In this document: piece by piece, positions 1-12,537 of the stretch
Numbering within the stretch: the stretch's first letter is position 1
How the letters are laid out: every line of letters begins with the position of its first letter
Assembly: GCA_017499595.2 (NCBI GenBank)
Contig: CM038998.1
Coordinates: forward strand, 2,108,001-2,172,000
Reading direction: 5' to 3'
Source: Psilocybe cubensis
Taxonomy: Eukaryota
DNA length: 64,000 nucleotides
Position numbers and translations under genes: made by a program
The notes under the pieces: generated by a model
What the model was told of the DNA's origin: nothing
Database searches by the model: none
The model's input: the letters and a program-made list of their open reading frames with translations, nothing else

Positions 1-1228
1 GTTTTGTAGGACGTCTTCGAAGACTTTTTGTAGAACCGTCGTCTTCTGGGATAATGTTTTGCGCACTTTCCTCTACCTTGATCTTTATCCGGAATAATTG
101 AGGATTCAGAACAATCCCAGTTTGTTTGAAACTCACCTCTTTGTCATCTGAGGATTTGACAGACCTTGAACGTCTTCTTCTGCTAGTCCTCCTCCCTCGC
201 CTGGATTCGGGGATATCCACTGATTGCAACTGTGTCTTTTCGACCTTGACTTCCGACGTATCTTCTTCTTCTTCTTCTGCCTGTGGTGCCGGTAGTAGAA
301 GGGGAAGAATACAAGTACCGAGAATGGCACTCAATATACAAAGAAAAATGCCTCCTGATACCAGAGCAGAAATCAATGGGAACCGGATAGCCAAACCACT
401 GAAAAGCAAAAAAATAATAATATCAGGATCAATCTGTTCTAAGGTCGTAGAAGTACTTTACCGAATGCCATGAGGCACAACCAAACCCTGCAGGCTCGCA
501 GAGGCGACATTAACTTCACGGCCATAACCTTGGCCTAGAGTAGTCCAACTGTCATGTCGACCAATCTCAACTTTTGCAGCTAAATTCGCCTTTCCAGCAA
601 TGAAAGACTGCAGCATAGGGATTTTGACCTTGTCGATAGTTTTACTAGAGAGCCAAAAAGGATTCCGTGCCGGCAGGACTATGGCCTTTGATGTACTTGA
701 GACCTCTGCCACTGAATGAAAACAAAGGGCGCCTGCTTACAGGCCTTCGGACGTATTCCAGAGTTTTGTTGTTCAGAGTCGACAGGGTGAGAGACGCCAT
801 GAAATTTCCCAGTTGAATGTTAGCTTCGGTACAAGGGAGAATGAGGTTGACAGATATGTCGTAACGCTGGTTTGGAACGAGAGACGGCAGAAAGACGAAA
901 GCATACGGAGGCACACCGTCTCTATGCAGAAGACACATAAGGGCAAAGTAAGCATAGGAGAGAGGGAAGAGACATACCCATACTGTAGATACAATGGGAC
1001 TTGCCAGCTAACTGAGAGACTGGACCATACTACATAGGCAGCCGAGAAGGAAAGCAGGAGAACAAGGGGAATGAACAAGGAGCAGACGAAAAGAGGGACG
1101 AGCCTGGGGGCGAACGGGCGGAGAGCAGGCAGGACAGTGGCAAGGAACGCGATGAACACGGTGAACGGAAGATAGACGACGGCGGCGAGCACGCTACGAC
1201 GTGGTTTGGCTGGCTCTGGAAGGGACAT
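1..1228 (-). CDS. SEI1: Seipin (lipid-droplet biogenesis ER protein); multi-exon, 3' end runs off the window
   Basis: ATG at 1228 (MSLPEPAK...). TM segment followed by WQVPLYLQYG|DGVPPYA...LVPNQRYDISVNLILPCTEANIQLGNFMASLTL, a typical seipin lumenal domain, then a second TM (GLAIRFPLISAL...). GT-AG introns. Confidence 0.88.
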
Positions 1229-1309
1229 TGGGGCAGGGAAAGATGAGAGGCGAGGACACGTGAACGTGAACAGGCGCGGCAACAGTTAAAAGGTTGACAA
1301 CCTCCATCC

Positions 1310-1945
1310 ATGTCCGATATCAGGCAGCTTCTTGGTCTGCATCCTCATTCTCCCCGTCTCGCAGATTTCCTCCTCTCCATCGCACTCCCTGTCCCAGTCG
1401 TCCCGGAGGTCAAATCATATCCGGATGCAGTCTATTTCAATTACTTTTCCCTTGGTCTTAGCATCTTGTTCTCCCCGACAGGCGGATACAAACCAGCCCC
1501 ATCCCTCAAGCTAACCGATCTCAAGAATGACAGCCTTGTTCTGGACAGCATTTACATCTACAATGTCCCAAAACCAACCGAACACCGAGCAAAGGGTACA
1601 TCTGCACGTGCTGCCGAGCTGGCTTTTTCCACTTTCCCCATTTCCCCGCTCATTTTGCCAATCAATCCCGTTGCACACGATAAAGATGGCAAGGCGAGAG
1701 ATCGCCTTCCTAATCTCGAAATCCGTCCGCAGACAACAGGCAAGGATTTTGTGCAAATCTTGGGAGAGCCAGATCGGAAAGGTGGAGGTGCAGGCCCCTC
1801 GTCTGGTTCTATCGGTATCTGGTGTGAGTGGTCGAAGGATGGGATAATGGTCGAATTCGGCGGCGATGAAGCCAAAGGTCCTCAAGCATGGGAACGAGGG
1901 AAGGATGCCGTTTGGAAAATCATCACTATCTTTTCCCCAGCTTAG
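1310..1945 (+). CDS. Intronless 211-aa hypothetical protein
   Basis: Clean ATG-to-TAG ORF with globular composition (YPDAVYFNY; FVQILGEPDRKGGG...GIWCEWSKDGIMVEFG). No function recognised. Confidence 0.8.
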   Translation: MSDIRQLLGLHPHSPRLADFLLSIALPVPVVPEVKSYPDAVYFNYFSLGLSILFSPTGGYKPAPSLKLTDLKNDSLVLDSIYIYNVPKPTEHRAKGTSARAAELAFSTFPISPLILPINPVAHDKDGKARDRLPNLEIRPQTTGKDFVQILGEPDRKGGGAGPSSGSIGIWCEWSKDGIMVEFGGDEAKGPQAWERGKDAVWKIITIFSPA

Positions 1946-2165
1946 TGGCACAAGGCCCCTATGTACAGTATTATTACTACGACCGTGTAAATGAACATGT
2001 GGGCCTGCTGACTTCCGTCAACCGCTTGACATCACCTGGTTGCATTATGATGCGACCTACTCGAGCCAATTCAGATCTCAAGAAAATCCATGTGATTTCC
2101 ACAATCATCCAAAAGATCGCAACGGTGTAGTAGGTATTGACACCCTCTCCGATTTACCACCCACT

Positions 2166-2885
2166 ATGGCCGTTCCCTCAGACTTCACCGTTCTCGATAT
2201 CTCGGGCAAGTTCGTCATGGTAAGTTTTTTCTCCCCTCCGTACTCTCCGAGCTGACAGTATTTCAGAACAAGACCCTGTCGGACCAACGCACCGATACTA
2301 TCCTTCAACTACAAGGTGTCAGTTGGTTAAAGAGAAAGGCAATCAGTATTGGCACCATCACGCTTGCAATCAAGCACTACAAGGACGAAGATGGTGTTGA
2401 ACATATCGACATCGACCAAACGCTCACCGGAGGAATTCCAGGAACCAGGGAGACCAGGACGCTCTGGTGGAAAGAAAGACAAAATGAGGACCATCTCTTT
2501 GGCGCCGTCATTGGAAAGTCACGACGAGTCAAGGCTGAAGAGCTTGACATCCCTTTCCTTCAGGGACCCTGGACCGCGGATACCCTGGAACACGGCCTCA
2601 TTCAATCGTACGTCGAGAGTGATACACCCAAGAGCGGCACTACTTGGATCGCCAACCAGGTATGGTCGCGATATACTCCCTGGTAGAGACTTGCTAATTG
2701 GCTATACAAGACATGGGGTATTGAGGAGATTGACGGGGAGAGGCGGTATGTCAGACATGTTAAATTCACTGGACCCAAGGCGGAAGACATTGAAGCAAAG
2801 CTTGTCTATGACTACGGTTCGTTTATTTTCGTGCGAGACCGCAATGTACTTTGCTCATTAATCTTTTACAGCCGGCCCTTTGTAA
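2166..2885 (+). CDS. Small fungal lipocalin/FABP-like beta-barrel protein, 4 exons
   Basis: Spliced MAVPSDFTVLDISGKFVM|NKTLSD...LQGVSWLKRKAI...WIANQ|TWGIEEIDGERRYVRHVKF...LVYDY|AGPL*. The N-terminal SG.F/W motif and 'GVSWLKRK' helix resemble calycin/FABP folds. Confidence 0.75.
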
Positions 2886-3098
2886 CATTTTGAATTGGGA
2901 CGTAGTTGAGACATCTTATCTTATCGTATACAGTAGCCAAATAAAGAAACGATCAATACCAATTTGTAACAGTTACCATTTTGATTCATTGAAGTGATGA
3001 TCACCGTCAAGAATACCACGCCCAATGTGCCCAATCGTCTCACCTTTTTCTTCTTGTCTCTCATTCAACTCAGATTCCGTTGACATTTCTCTCCCTTC

Positions 3099-5217
3099 AT
3101 GGAGAGTTCAGGAAGCAGCAACAATACTGCCGTCTCCAGCTCGTCTCGTTTATCAGCCTCAAAACTTCCCTCTGAACAGAGTGTATCTAAGCAAAACCTC
3201 ACCGTCGATCGTCCCTATGAACTAGAGGCACTCTACAGGGAGTCAGCGTTTCCACACTCCCCTCGTCGACCTTCATGGTTCTCTAGGACTTCCCGTGCTT
3301 TTGTCAACCGCAATCCTCGGTTAGGTGCTTGGATTACCAAGGCAGTCCACTATGTGAGAGGGCCAAGACCAAAAGTCGATCTTCCTCGTGTGTTGTTATT
3401 TCCATTGCCCTGATTTCAAACGTACTCATTATTCTCTTGTTCAGCCCCTGCTCCCCTTTTCAATATTGATATTCGTGTTGCTGGGCGTCACATAGTGCTA
3501 CCTATCGAAACAATTATCATCAAGACAACCCGACCACTCACTTCACCTTGGATATTTATAATTCTTGCCGCAGCATACATCATCGGTTTTGCTTTTTTCG
3601 CTCGAGCGCAATCGTTTCTTACACCTCCATCTTCGTTTATTGGGTGTACTTCCACCTTTTACCTGGCTAATAACCAGTGCGGACAGGATGGCGATGGTTG
3701 CGGGCCGTTTGATGCATCTTCTTTCGATTTCCGGTGTCCTGCACAGTGCGACAATGTCATTCTACAGAACCCTCGGACCGTGGGGAACGAGCAGATTGTT
3801 TTTAAACCTCTTCTTGTAGGCGGCGGGGATGTCAATATGACTTATCGTGGTGATAGTTTTATTTGTGCTGCTGCCATACAGGCGTAAGACTTTCTTTGCT
3901 TCATCTCTTATGTCTGCTTAGATATTTTCAGTGGCGTTATTTCCCAGCAGAAAGGAGGCTGTGGAAGTCTCAACCTCATCGGCAATTTCACTAATTTTCT
4001 CCCCTTCACATCTCACGGGCTCACATCTATTGGATTCCCTACGGTTTTTCCTAGTGCCTTTCAGTTCCTCGGCTCCACATCTCTCTCTCACTGCGCGGAC
4101 CTTCGAAACGAAGCCCTCGTATTCAACGTTCTCGTCACTAGTGCATTATTCATCATACTACGCCCAAAATCCATTGTGCTCTACTGGTGTCTGGTTTGCA
4201 TCGGTTTTTGGCATGTCATTTTATTCTCACAACCTACTGGACCACCTCCGAAGCTGGACGTCGCGTTTGAATCATTCCTCCCTGTATTATTCATAGCATA
4301 TGCCTTCTGGAGACTAGGATTCCGATTCGTGATGCCGGCGTTCCGAGGTGCTCCTTTAGAAGCGTGTATTCTTTATCTCAGTGGATACTGGGTCGGAGTT
4401 CTGAATAATCTTACTTTTGATAAATTGCCTCTGAGCCGCCTCACGTCGTCCGATCTGGGAAAAAGGAATGGAGCGATCACAACTTTGGTCGTGATGCTTG
4501 TGATCATCGTCATTTTGGCCATAAACCAGGTTCGCGTTATACGCAAAACCGGCTGGCTACCGTACTATGCTGGATGGTATATAGCAGGCGGACTTGTGAC
4601 GCTTGTTCTTGCCTTACTGCCAGGACTGGAACTTCGCTTGCACCACTATATCATACCAATGATCATTATTCCTGGAACTGCGTTTCCGACCCGATTGTCT
4701 GCGATATACCAAGGGTTGTTGCTTGGTCTTTTCCTCAATGGAACAGCAGCATTTGGCCTGGACTCTATACTCCAAACACCCGATGATGTAAGTTACTTAT
4801 TATTTAATGTTAAGGGGATAGAAATAATATTTCCCAAGCTTCGTCAAGACGCTCCTCTTGGTTCTGATCTTCCCGTATGGTCGACAAATTCGACGAACTA
4901 CAATTCCTCCATTCCGTTCGCCAATCAGCTTATATTTTGGGATCCTTTAATTCCAAACTGGGATGGATTTGCCCTTTTGGTGGACGATGTTCAAAGATAC
5001 GCAGGACCAGCGCTCAATTTCTCTTTGGCTTCACTCAATGCCAGCCTACCTCATTTCTTTAGACTTGCCGTAAGCTATTATTATCTGGTGCATGAATCTA
5101 CATTCTCATCTTATCCACATACAGTACACCTCTATGGGCTCTTCGGGAGACTTCACGAAGGCTGCGACATTGTGGCCAAATGGAACATGGGTTGATCCAC
5201 TTCCAGGACCTTCGTAG
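3099..5217 (+). CDS. LCCL-domain multi-pass membrane protein
   Basis: Cys-rich FRCPAQC...VGGG...YRGDSFICAAAIQA|GVI (LCCL signature), then several TM helices including LRLHHY. Stop TAG at 5215-5217. Confidence 0.88.
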
Positions 5218-5377
5218 AATCATTAGTTCGGTCTCAGTTGCACAAGTAATCATGAGAGGAGGGGTGGCATACTATGAGGTCATTTATCATTGCTCCAGAC
5301 CTATCGTCATAATGTTAGACGCGGACATTACATTATAAGAGCTTTCAAGCATAGTGGTTTACGTATACTAATTAAAC

Positions 5378-6125
5378 ATGGACTCGAACGCACCTCTCCC
5401 GTATGGATGGATTAAGCAATTCGACCCAAAGTCCGGCCATGTCTTCTTTGTACGCCCCTCTACAAGTGTTGCCTCGGTTGTTCCAGGTTGAAGAGTTGAC
5501 TTAGGTTGACACGAAAGCCAACCCTCCGCGTTCTATTTGGACGCACCCATATGAAGATGAGCAGTACCTCGAAGCCCATCCTGAAGTGAGAAGCACAGTC
5601 CGGGGCGCAAATGGCTTTGGGTCCGATGCATCTCTACCCCTTCCGCCTAACAACAGACCTCGTCGACATTCTTTTAATGGGCGTGAGGCAACGCCAGTCG
5701 ATGTCCCACCGCCTCCACACAAGAAGGGATTTCTCGCAAAAATGAAGGACAAGGCGCGACACTCGATGGAAGAGTACAACGAGAGAAAGAAACGGGAGCT
5801 GCTCATGGTACCCGAAATTTGGCCATTCTATATGTCCAATGATGACATTTATACACAGATGCAGCAGCAACAGCAGCAAATGTACGGTCAATCCCGGTAT
5901 GGTGGGCCACAGTTTGCAGCCCCGACGTATGCATATCCGCAGGCGAGGTATGGGACGGGTATGGGACGACGAGGCGGGATGGGTGGAATGGCGCTTCCGC
6001 TGATGGGTGGAATGGCGGGGGGATTGCTGTTGGGGGATATGCTGGACAACGACTTTGGTGGGGGAGGATGGGGCGACGGCGGCGGAGACTGGGGCGGAGG
6101 CTTTGGAGGCGGGGGGTTATTTTGA
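5378..6125 (+). CDS. WW-domain protein with Q/G-rich C-terminus (Wwm1-like)
   Basis: MDSNAPLPYGWIKQFDPKSGHVFF|VDTKATPPRSIWTHP is a WW domain. C-terminal polyQ and Gly-rich GGMAGGLLLGDML segment. Confidence 0.85.
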
Positions 6126-6201
6126 TTGAGCGTGAGAAAAATGATATGGCTGCACGACTTGTTCAAGACACTTTGTACATTATTACTCCATTCACGCGCA
6201 A

Positions 6202-9200
6202 ATGCCTCCTGTACTGCCGTTTTCTCTCAGTCCACATATATGCATTCTCGCTTCTCCAGATCTTTCTGAGCTATTAGAGTCTTCCTCTTTGCCCCCTCTC
6301 CAGCATATTCTTCAGTCGTTCTCGCCGCTGCCGCAAGGTGGGGTTTGTCTCTGTACATAGTTCGCATTGGCCACTGACCCTGTGAGTATCGCAAGTTACC
6401 ACCCGCACTGTAACTCTTGTGTCGGTCCCACACGCTTCCTTTGCCCTCCGTTTCTCAGACTTACAAGATGTGGAAGACGCCTGCCGTGAAGATGACGAGC
6501 AGCGTGCTATCCGTACAATAGACTGGATTACCGCACGCATCAGCAATCGGTGCTCAAAATGGGTTCAGGACATGGAAGCTTCCGGGGACAAGGATACTGT
6601 GCGCACGCCATGGTGGGATGAACTTCGGCGGTGTGCTGAAGGTGACTTCGTCCCTGCGAAAACCGAAGCCTGGAATCATCCCGTTGCTCGTGAGTTTGAT
6701 CCAAGTCGGTTGTTGCAATTCATTACTAATAGTATTCTCAGTTATACTTGCCGTATCGACAACGGCGCCTAATCCTTTGCAGGCAATCACTGCATTACAT
6801 TCTCGGACGAATCAACTTCCACCATGGGTTGATACTAATTTCTTGCGGTACACGCTGATAATACATCCCCAGAACTCGCCGTTATCCGCAGAGGAGTTTG
6901 TTTTTTTTATCTTTATCATGATATGGCTTTTGAGCTTACATAGTATATTAACAGGGCAGGAGCGCTTTATAATGCAGTCAAGAAACAATTTGGATTACAT
7001 AGTTATTTGTTGTCTCTAGAACTGCCGCAACCTCCACCACCCCCAATACCAGTTCCTGCACTGATGCCTCGCTTACCGCCCCCACCTACACCTGGTTCTC
7101 CGCAACAGAAACCCCCGATAACTCCCACCGCGCCCAATATCCCCGAAAGTTTTTCCAACCCTAGCGCTTTAAACACGTTAAGAATGCAGGAAAATGATAT
7201 TCAGCAAACTGCTCGTTTTACACGAGAATTTGTCGTAATGAGTCTTGTGCCTTGGATGGAAAAATGTGTGGTTGAATGGAACGAAAACGTACGTCCAAAT
7301 ATGATTCTTAGTATTTCATGAGGTCACTCATATAACATCTCAGTTTTCTTCGACTCGGAGGCTCCCATCACGTTTGTTCTCGTCAACACGACGACTATTT
7401 GGATCACAAGTACCCACACCAGTGCCCACACCCCCGCCATCTTCTTCTTCTGTTTCTGGTCGGCCTGGTTCCATATCTCTCAATAGTGGTCCTACTCCTC
7501 CCTCTCAACAGCGTCGCCTTGCCGAATTTACCACTATATTAGGCGACTTTAAATTGGCAGTCACAGTATGGGAGGCTCTACGTAAAGACGGCAAGGGAGG
7601 TTCGGTAAGTGTACGCCTAAATCTCATTCGGAATAGTCATTCAACCGAAAATACACAGGACATACTTCCATTGCTTTTATCTCCCTCTCCTTCAGTTCCC
7701 CTATATGCCCAAGCGTCTTTGGCTACTACACACCCAAATATGATGGATCTGCCTCCGCATGCACAAACCCGTGTGCTTTCTTACGCTGTCCGTTGGGAAG
7801 CTGGCATTTCCAACAGAGATTTTGTCAGCAACATGTTAGAAGGAGAGCGATGGTTGGTTTGGGCAGCCAGCAATGTAAGTTTGTTTTCCCGACTATATAC
7901 CTACTTAAAAGCGACTGATTGTATTCACTGAAGGGAGATGAAACACCGTCAGCTTTATTATTGGCCCAGGCCGCATTGTTAAGCGCTCAAAAGAACGCTC
8001 GGCGCAGGGCGGCTTTATGGTACGTTGCTGCTGCAACTAGACTAGAGAAGTGTGGTATTGTGAGTGTGTTGCCTACCTCCATCTCTTTCATGAGTTTACC
8101 CTCAACATCATTACAGAAACCTTTAACTATGTATTTCCTGCGCAAAGCACAAGATCTTTACTCCGTGAGCCCACCAAAAGAATTATCTCCATCATTTTGG
8201 GATTCCGAAGGGAAGTCACCATCCGGAACAGAAGGCTTAGAAGATATCATGGCAGGGATAGCCCATCCTCTAGGTTATTTTTACTTAATTTTCTTGAAGA
8301 TGTGTCCTCTGATATGTAGTATGACCAGGTAGATTGTTGTACACCACAGGGGATTTGGCTGGGGCTGTCAAACTCTTTCTGAGCCTCCTAAATGGAACAT
8401 CAACCTTTCCATCGAGTGGAGGTCATTCTTTGGAAGACGGGGCTAAGCCTCAGAGCAACGATAAAGTTTACTTGGACGACTTTCGCGTTGCTTACAACGT
8501 AAGTGGACAAACATGCATTTATGTCATTATATGACTAATATCTCCTTATCAGTACTGGAAGTCCATGGAATCCGATAAAAGTTCGACAACTAATCTGACG
8601 ATTCCACTAAAGTTATGTGTGAATAAGCAATGCCGCATACGAATTTCTGGGGACATTACGAACGGCAATTCTGATGTCTGGCAGAACCGACAAGAAGATT
8701 GGAGATCATTTTGGAAGTCCAAAGGAGGGAAAGAGATATTGTTACCCGGTGGCAAGGTCAGCACGAACGGTACGCTTCATTTTCACATTTTCGGCAAGTG
8801 CCTCATTTTTTTTTTTGCTTTGAAGAACTATTCTGGGTGGACCTTATCTTGTACAATCCCCTAGAAGCAGACATCAATTTATCAAACGTTACACTTGTCG
8901 TCGAGACGAAACCTAATACTGTCGAGCATATTGGAGACATTATTGAAGTTGAAACCATCAAGGAGGTTGTTTTGGGTCCCAAAGAAACAATATCCGTTAG
9001 TTGCAGATTGACGATTTGCCTCTTTTTTTCTGAAGACTAACATAGGTTCCAATATCGCTCAAAGCAAAAATACCTACGACGCTGAGCATCACGGATGCAA
9101 AGTACGATTTTTTGTCCATCTTACGGACGCAGGAGTCACTGGCATTTCGTGGTCGGCGCCTGCATGACACAGCTTTGCAACGTCAACATCCAACATACGC

Positions 9201-11131
9201 TCCAGACGTTGTTATGAAAACGGAAATAATTCCTTCAGAGCACCGTCTCTTTGTGACATTTGTTGAAGACCAACGTCTTGTTCTACTGCAGGGAGAGACT
9301 AAGACTATCCGACTGTGGCTCACAAATGCAGGATCAAAACCAATCAGTGAAGTTTGGATGATTGCAGGTGCTGATGATGAAATTTGGCTTGGACCAAATA
9401 GCGGACCAGAAAATTGTGTGTATGACGATTTCTTTCGCTTTTAAATGTTCTCAAGTTCTTTCAGCGTCCTCAGAAACTGAGATCATTCAAACCTCTAATT
9501 CTCTCAAACCTCGAGAACCACTGAAATTACCTTTCAGCTTACCAGATGGCTCCAATACGATCAACCCAGGAGAAAGCATAGAAGTACCTGCCATGCTGCA
9601 TACGGAAATGCCTGGTAGCCATGAGCTTTGTTTGTTGTTCGTCTTCCGAGAGGTGAAGAGGACCTGCTCTGTCTATCAGGTGCCTATTTGTTGACCCTTC
9701 CTATTATGCACTATTATGCAGGCAGAATTGCAACCATTCCATTCAACCACACTGACTCGGTCTTACGAAGTTCAGCCATTGTTTAAGATAGCTGCTACTG
9801 CACACCCTTCGCAGTCATATGAACATGCTTATATCTTGAATCTCGATATTTCAAACATCTCTCAAACTGTACCAATCGACGTAACACAAGTGACCTGCAT
9901 AAGTCCTCAGTGGACATGTACTTCTCTCATACAACCAAAGTCGTAAGTCCATACGCTATCTTTCATTAATAGCACACAAGCCTTAACTCCGCTTAGAGGA
10001 CCTTTACCGCCTTCCCAGTGTCTTCGGTTTTTGCTAAGCGCTTCTCATTGGAGTGACGGAAGTGGTTCAGAGGAAACATTTGCATTTGTAACAAGTCAAT
10101 TAAGCAATGTTTTGAAAGGGGGCGCAAGCAACGCTTTGACTGTACCACCTATCGATCTTCACTGTTGCCACATCTCCGAGGTACACCAATTTCTATACTC
10201 TTCTCATCTGTCTTCAACAACTCATGTTATTAACAGTCCCCGAAGAAGAAATCAATCCAAAGTGTTGCTACTACGAATTTTATCCACACTGCACGACGGA
10301 AGTACATGTCTCATAATATTTCGAAAGTACATTCGTACATTGCGCCTGCTTCCCATCCGTCCATTTTCCCTCTTTACAACCCTTCTGCTGTTGATATGAT
10401 TATCTTTTGGGAAGTTTCAGGAGGAAATATTGCAGGCCATATAAATGTTCATGGTATCACTCTAGGAGCGGGACACGCTAGACTAGATGGCATTGTCGAA
10501 GAAGCGGAGAGTGCCAAAGTTAAACGAAGCATGTATGCGGAGACACGGAAAGAAAACATGGAGGTCCTCGATGCTATCAGAAATAGCGAGTGGAATGCAG
10601 AGATGAATCCTTTGGTGCTATCATTGAAGGAGATCGGAACGAAGCTACACGACTTTACATCAGGGTTAGTAAATACGATCACCCGTTCTTTTTGCACTTT
10701 CTTACAACTTTGTGATATGAAGGCCCTGTCATCTGCCTCTAGAGGTCTGCATACGGAATCATTCTACAACACAGTCGGCCCATTACACATTCAAATTGCG
10801 TACAGACGCAAATCCATCAATGTCAGTAGCAATTTTGCAATATCCTCACCACCACCAATGTCTGAAGCTCTTTCTCAGAAACCTCCTTCCTCCACCGTAC
10901 TCTGGCCGTATGACATTCCGCGGAACAATTGCCCCATCTGAAATCGTTACAATTTATCCCAAGCTCTGGGTAACTAAACCAGGTGCCTATAGCCTGAATG
11001 GTTGGTCATTGGAGACCGAGATCAACGGTTCAGACCCAAATTCGAACACAAGAAAACGGGCGTATTTACTCGAACCTTCAAAGAAGGATGAAGAGCAATG
11101 TGTTATTATTTCGGATTCTCGGGCACACTGA
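6202..11131 (+). CDS. TRS85: TRAPP III subunit Trs85/TRAPPC8, many exons
   Basis: ATG at 6202 (MPPVLPFSLSPHICIL...). Contains TPWW, EAWNHPVA, FTREFVVMSLVPWMEKCVVEWNE and QRRLAEF...LGDFKLA, then C-terminal Ig-like repeats (LYNPLEADINLSNV). Confidence 0.88.
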
Positions 11132-11307
11132 TATCAGTATTTATTGTAATTTATAGATCTTACGTTGCTATTCAATACAATGTTTATTGCCTGTCATATG
11201 TCCCACATACTTGTTGTGTTCGTATAAAATTGGGTCGAGGAAAATTAAAACAACGCTAGCGCATAATTTCCGCCTTTGTCAAGATATGCACGTCTAGTCG
11301 TTACCGT

Positions 11308-12281
11308 CTATTCCTTCCGGTCTTTCTCCTTTGCCTCGCGATCCAACCTCTCTTTCCTGGCAGCTGCCAGCTTGAGTTGTTTAACTCGAACATTAAAATA
11401 AGTCTAGGAACAAATTCAAGTTTATATCAGTTTTTAAATTATTAAAGTTGCAGATGCTTACTCCAAGCACGAATTGAATGGCATTGAAAAATGGCACCCA
11501 TAACTGGTGAAGAAAGGTGAAAAAAAGTTCAGAAAACATGCAAGACAGAATTCAACTAAATTCACATACATCAATGGGCACAAACTTCTGAGCAATCGTC
11601 ATGGACAATGGAGAGACTACCCAGGATATCTGATGTTAAGTTTAAGCCAATGATGAATTATTAAAGGAGAATCAGACGAAACATTGATGCATACCCTGAT
11701 CACGGAGAAGAACCCGGCTTTCACAGTCTTGACAACTTCGTCTAGTGAGGTGGCACCATTGATCAAGGCCATAGACCCGAGGAACGCTGCCAGTACATAT
11801 TAATATGTTTTCGTTACAACAACACACATTCAATCCTACCAGATGTTTGTATCGGGGATATGAGAAGATTGCTGGCAAGGATTTGAGCAATCTTAGCCTT
11901 CGCAGAGGTTTTTCCTGCAAATGCTCTCTGGAGCAACCCAATAAGGAGGTGACTTAGCGGTGCAGAGACCAAGAAACCGTAGATAGCCATCTTGACGGCT
12001 TTGGCGTCGACATGTGCCTTGGCCAGAATCCGCACCAGAGGCGACGAGTCTTTTGAAACTTTGGCGGGGGTGCCAGCAAGGTTGCTTCCGAGTACCTCCT
12101 GCAAGAAACATAATGTACCTGTTTATTCCAGAGGATTATCCAGTGCTGCAACTAAGCCGCGGTAGTTGTGGCCGTAATTACCTGTGGTAATAGACTTCGT
12201 CCGAAGAGGATGGAGAGCAAGTTCGGTAAGGTACTTGGCCAGGAGAGGGTGAGTGCCTTTAGATTTGGCTATAGTACTCAT
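11308..12281 (-). CDS. Mpv17/PMP22-family peroxisomal membrane protein
   Basis: MSTIAKSKGTHPLLAKYLTELALHPLRTKSITT...MAIYGFLVSAPLSH...LWVPFFNAIQFVLG|TYFN. Stop at 11308-11310. Confidence 0.88.
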
Positions 12282-12537
12282 GAGGAAGGGTCAGTATGTA
12301 CGAAGTGAGGGGAGAGCACAGAGCTGGGGTATTTTGAGGGCGCCATACTGTCCTTTTGAATGAATGTGGGGTAGTTACTGACGGATAATTGATGCCGCAG
12401 TAGCCGGAATCCCGGAAGCAATTCATGACCTCCTAGACAGGTCTGGACGAAAAAACGGAAGTGGTATAGAGTCTATTATTATTACGGTATAAAACAACGT
12501 CCCTGCAAATCTAATGTATGAAATCAATCTCCAGCAT

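Noticed and set aside
5888..6166. Pro-rich minus-strand ORF
   Set aside because: Reverse complement of the Gly-rich tail of the WW protein.
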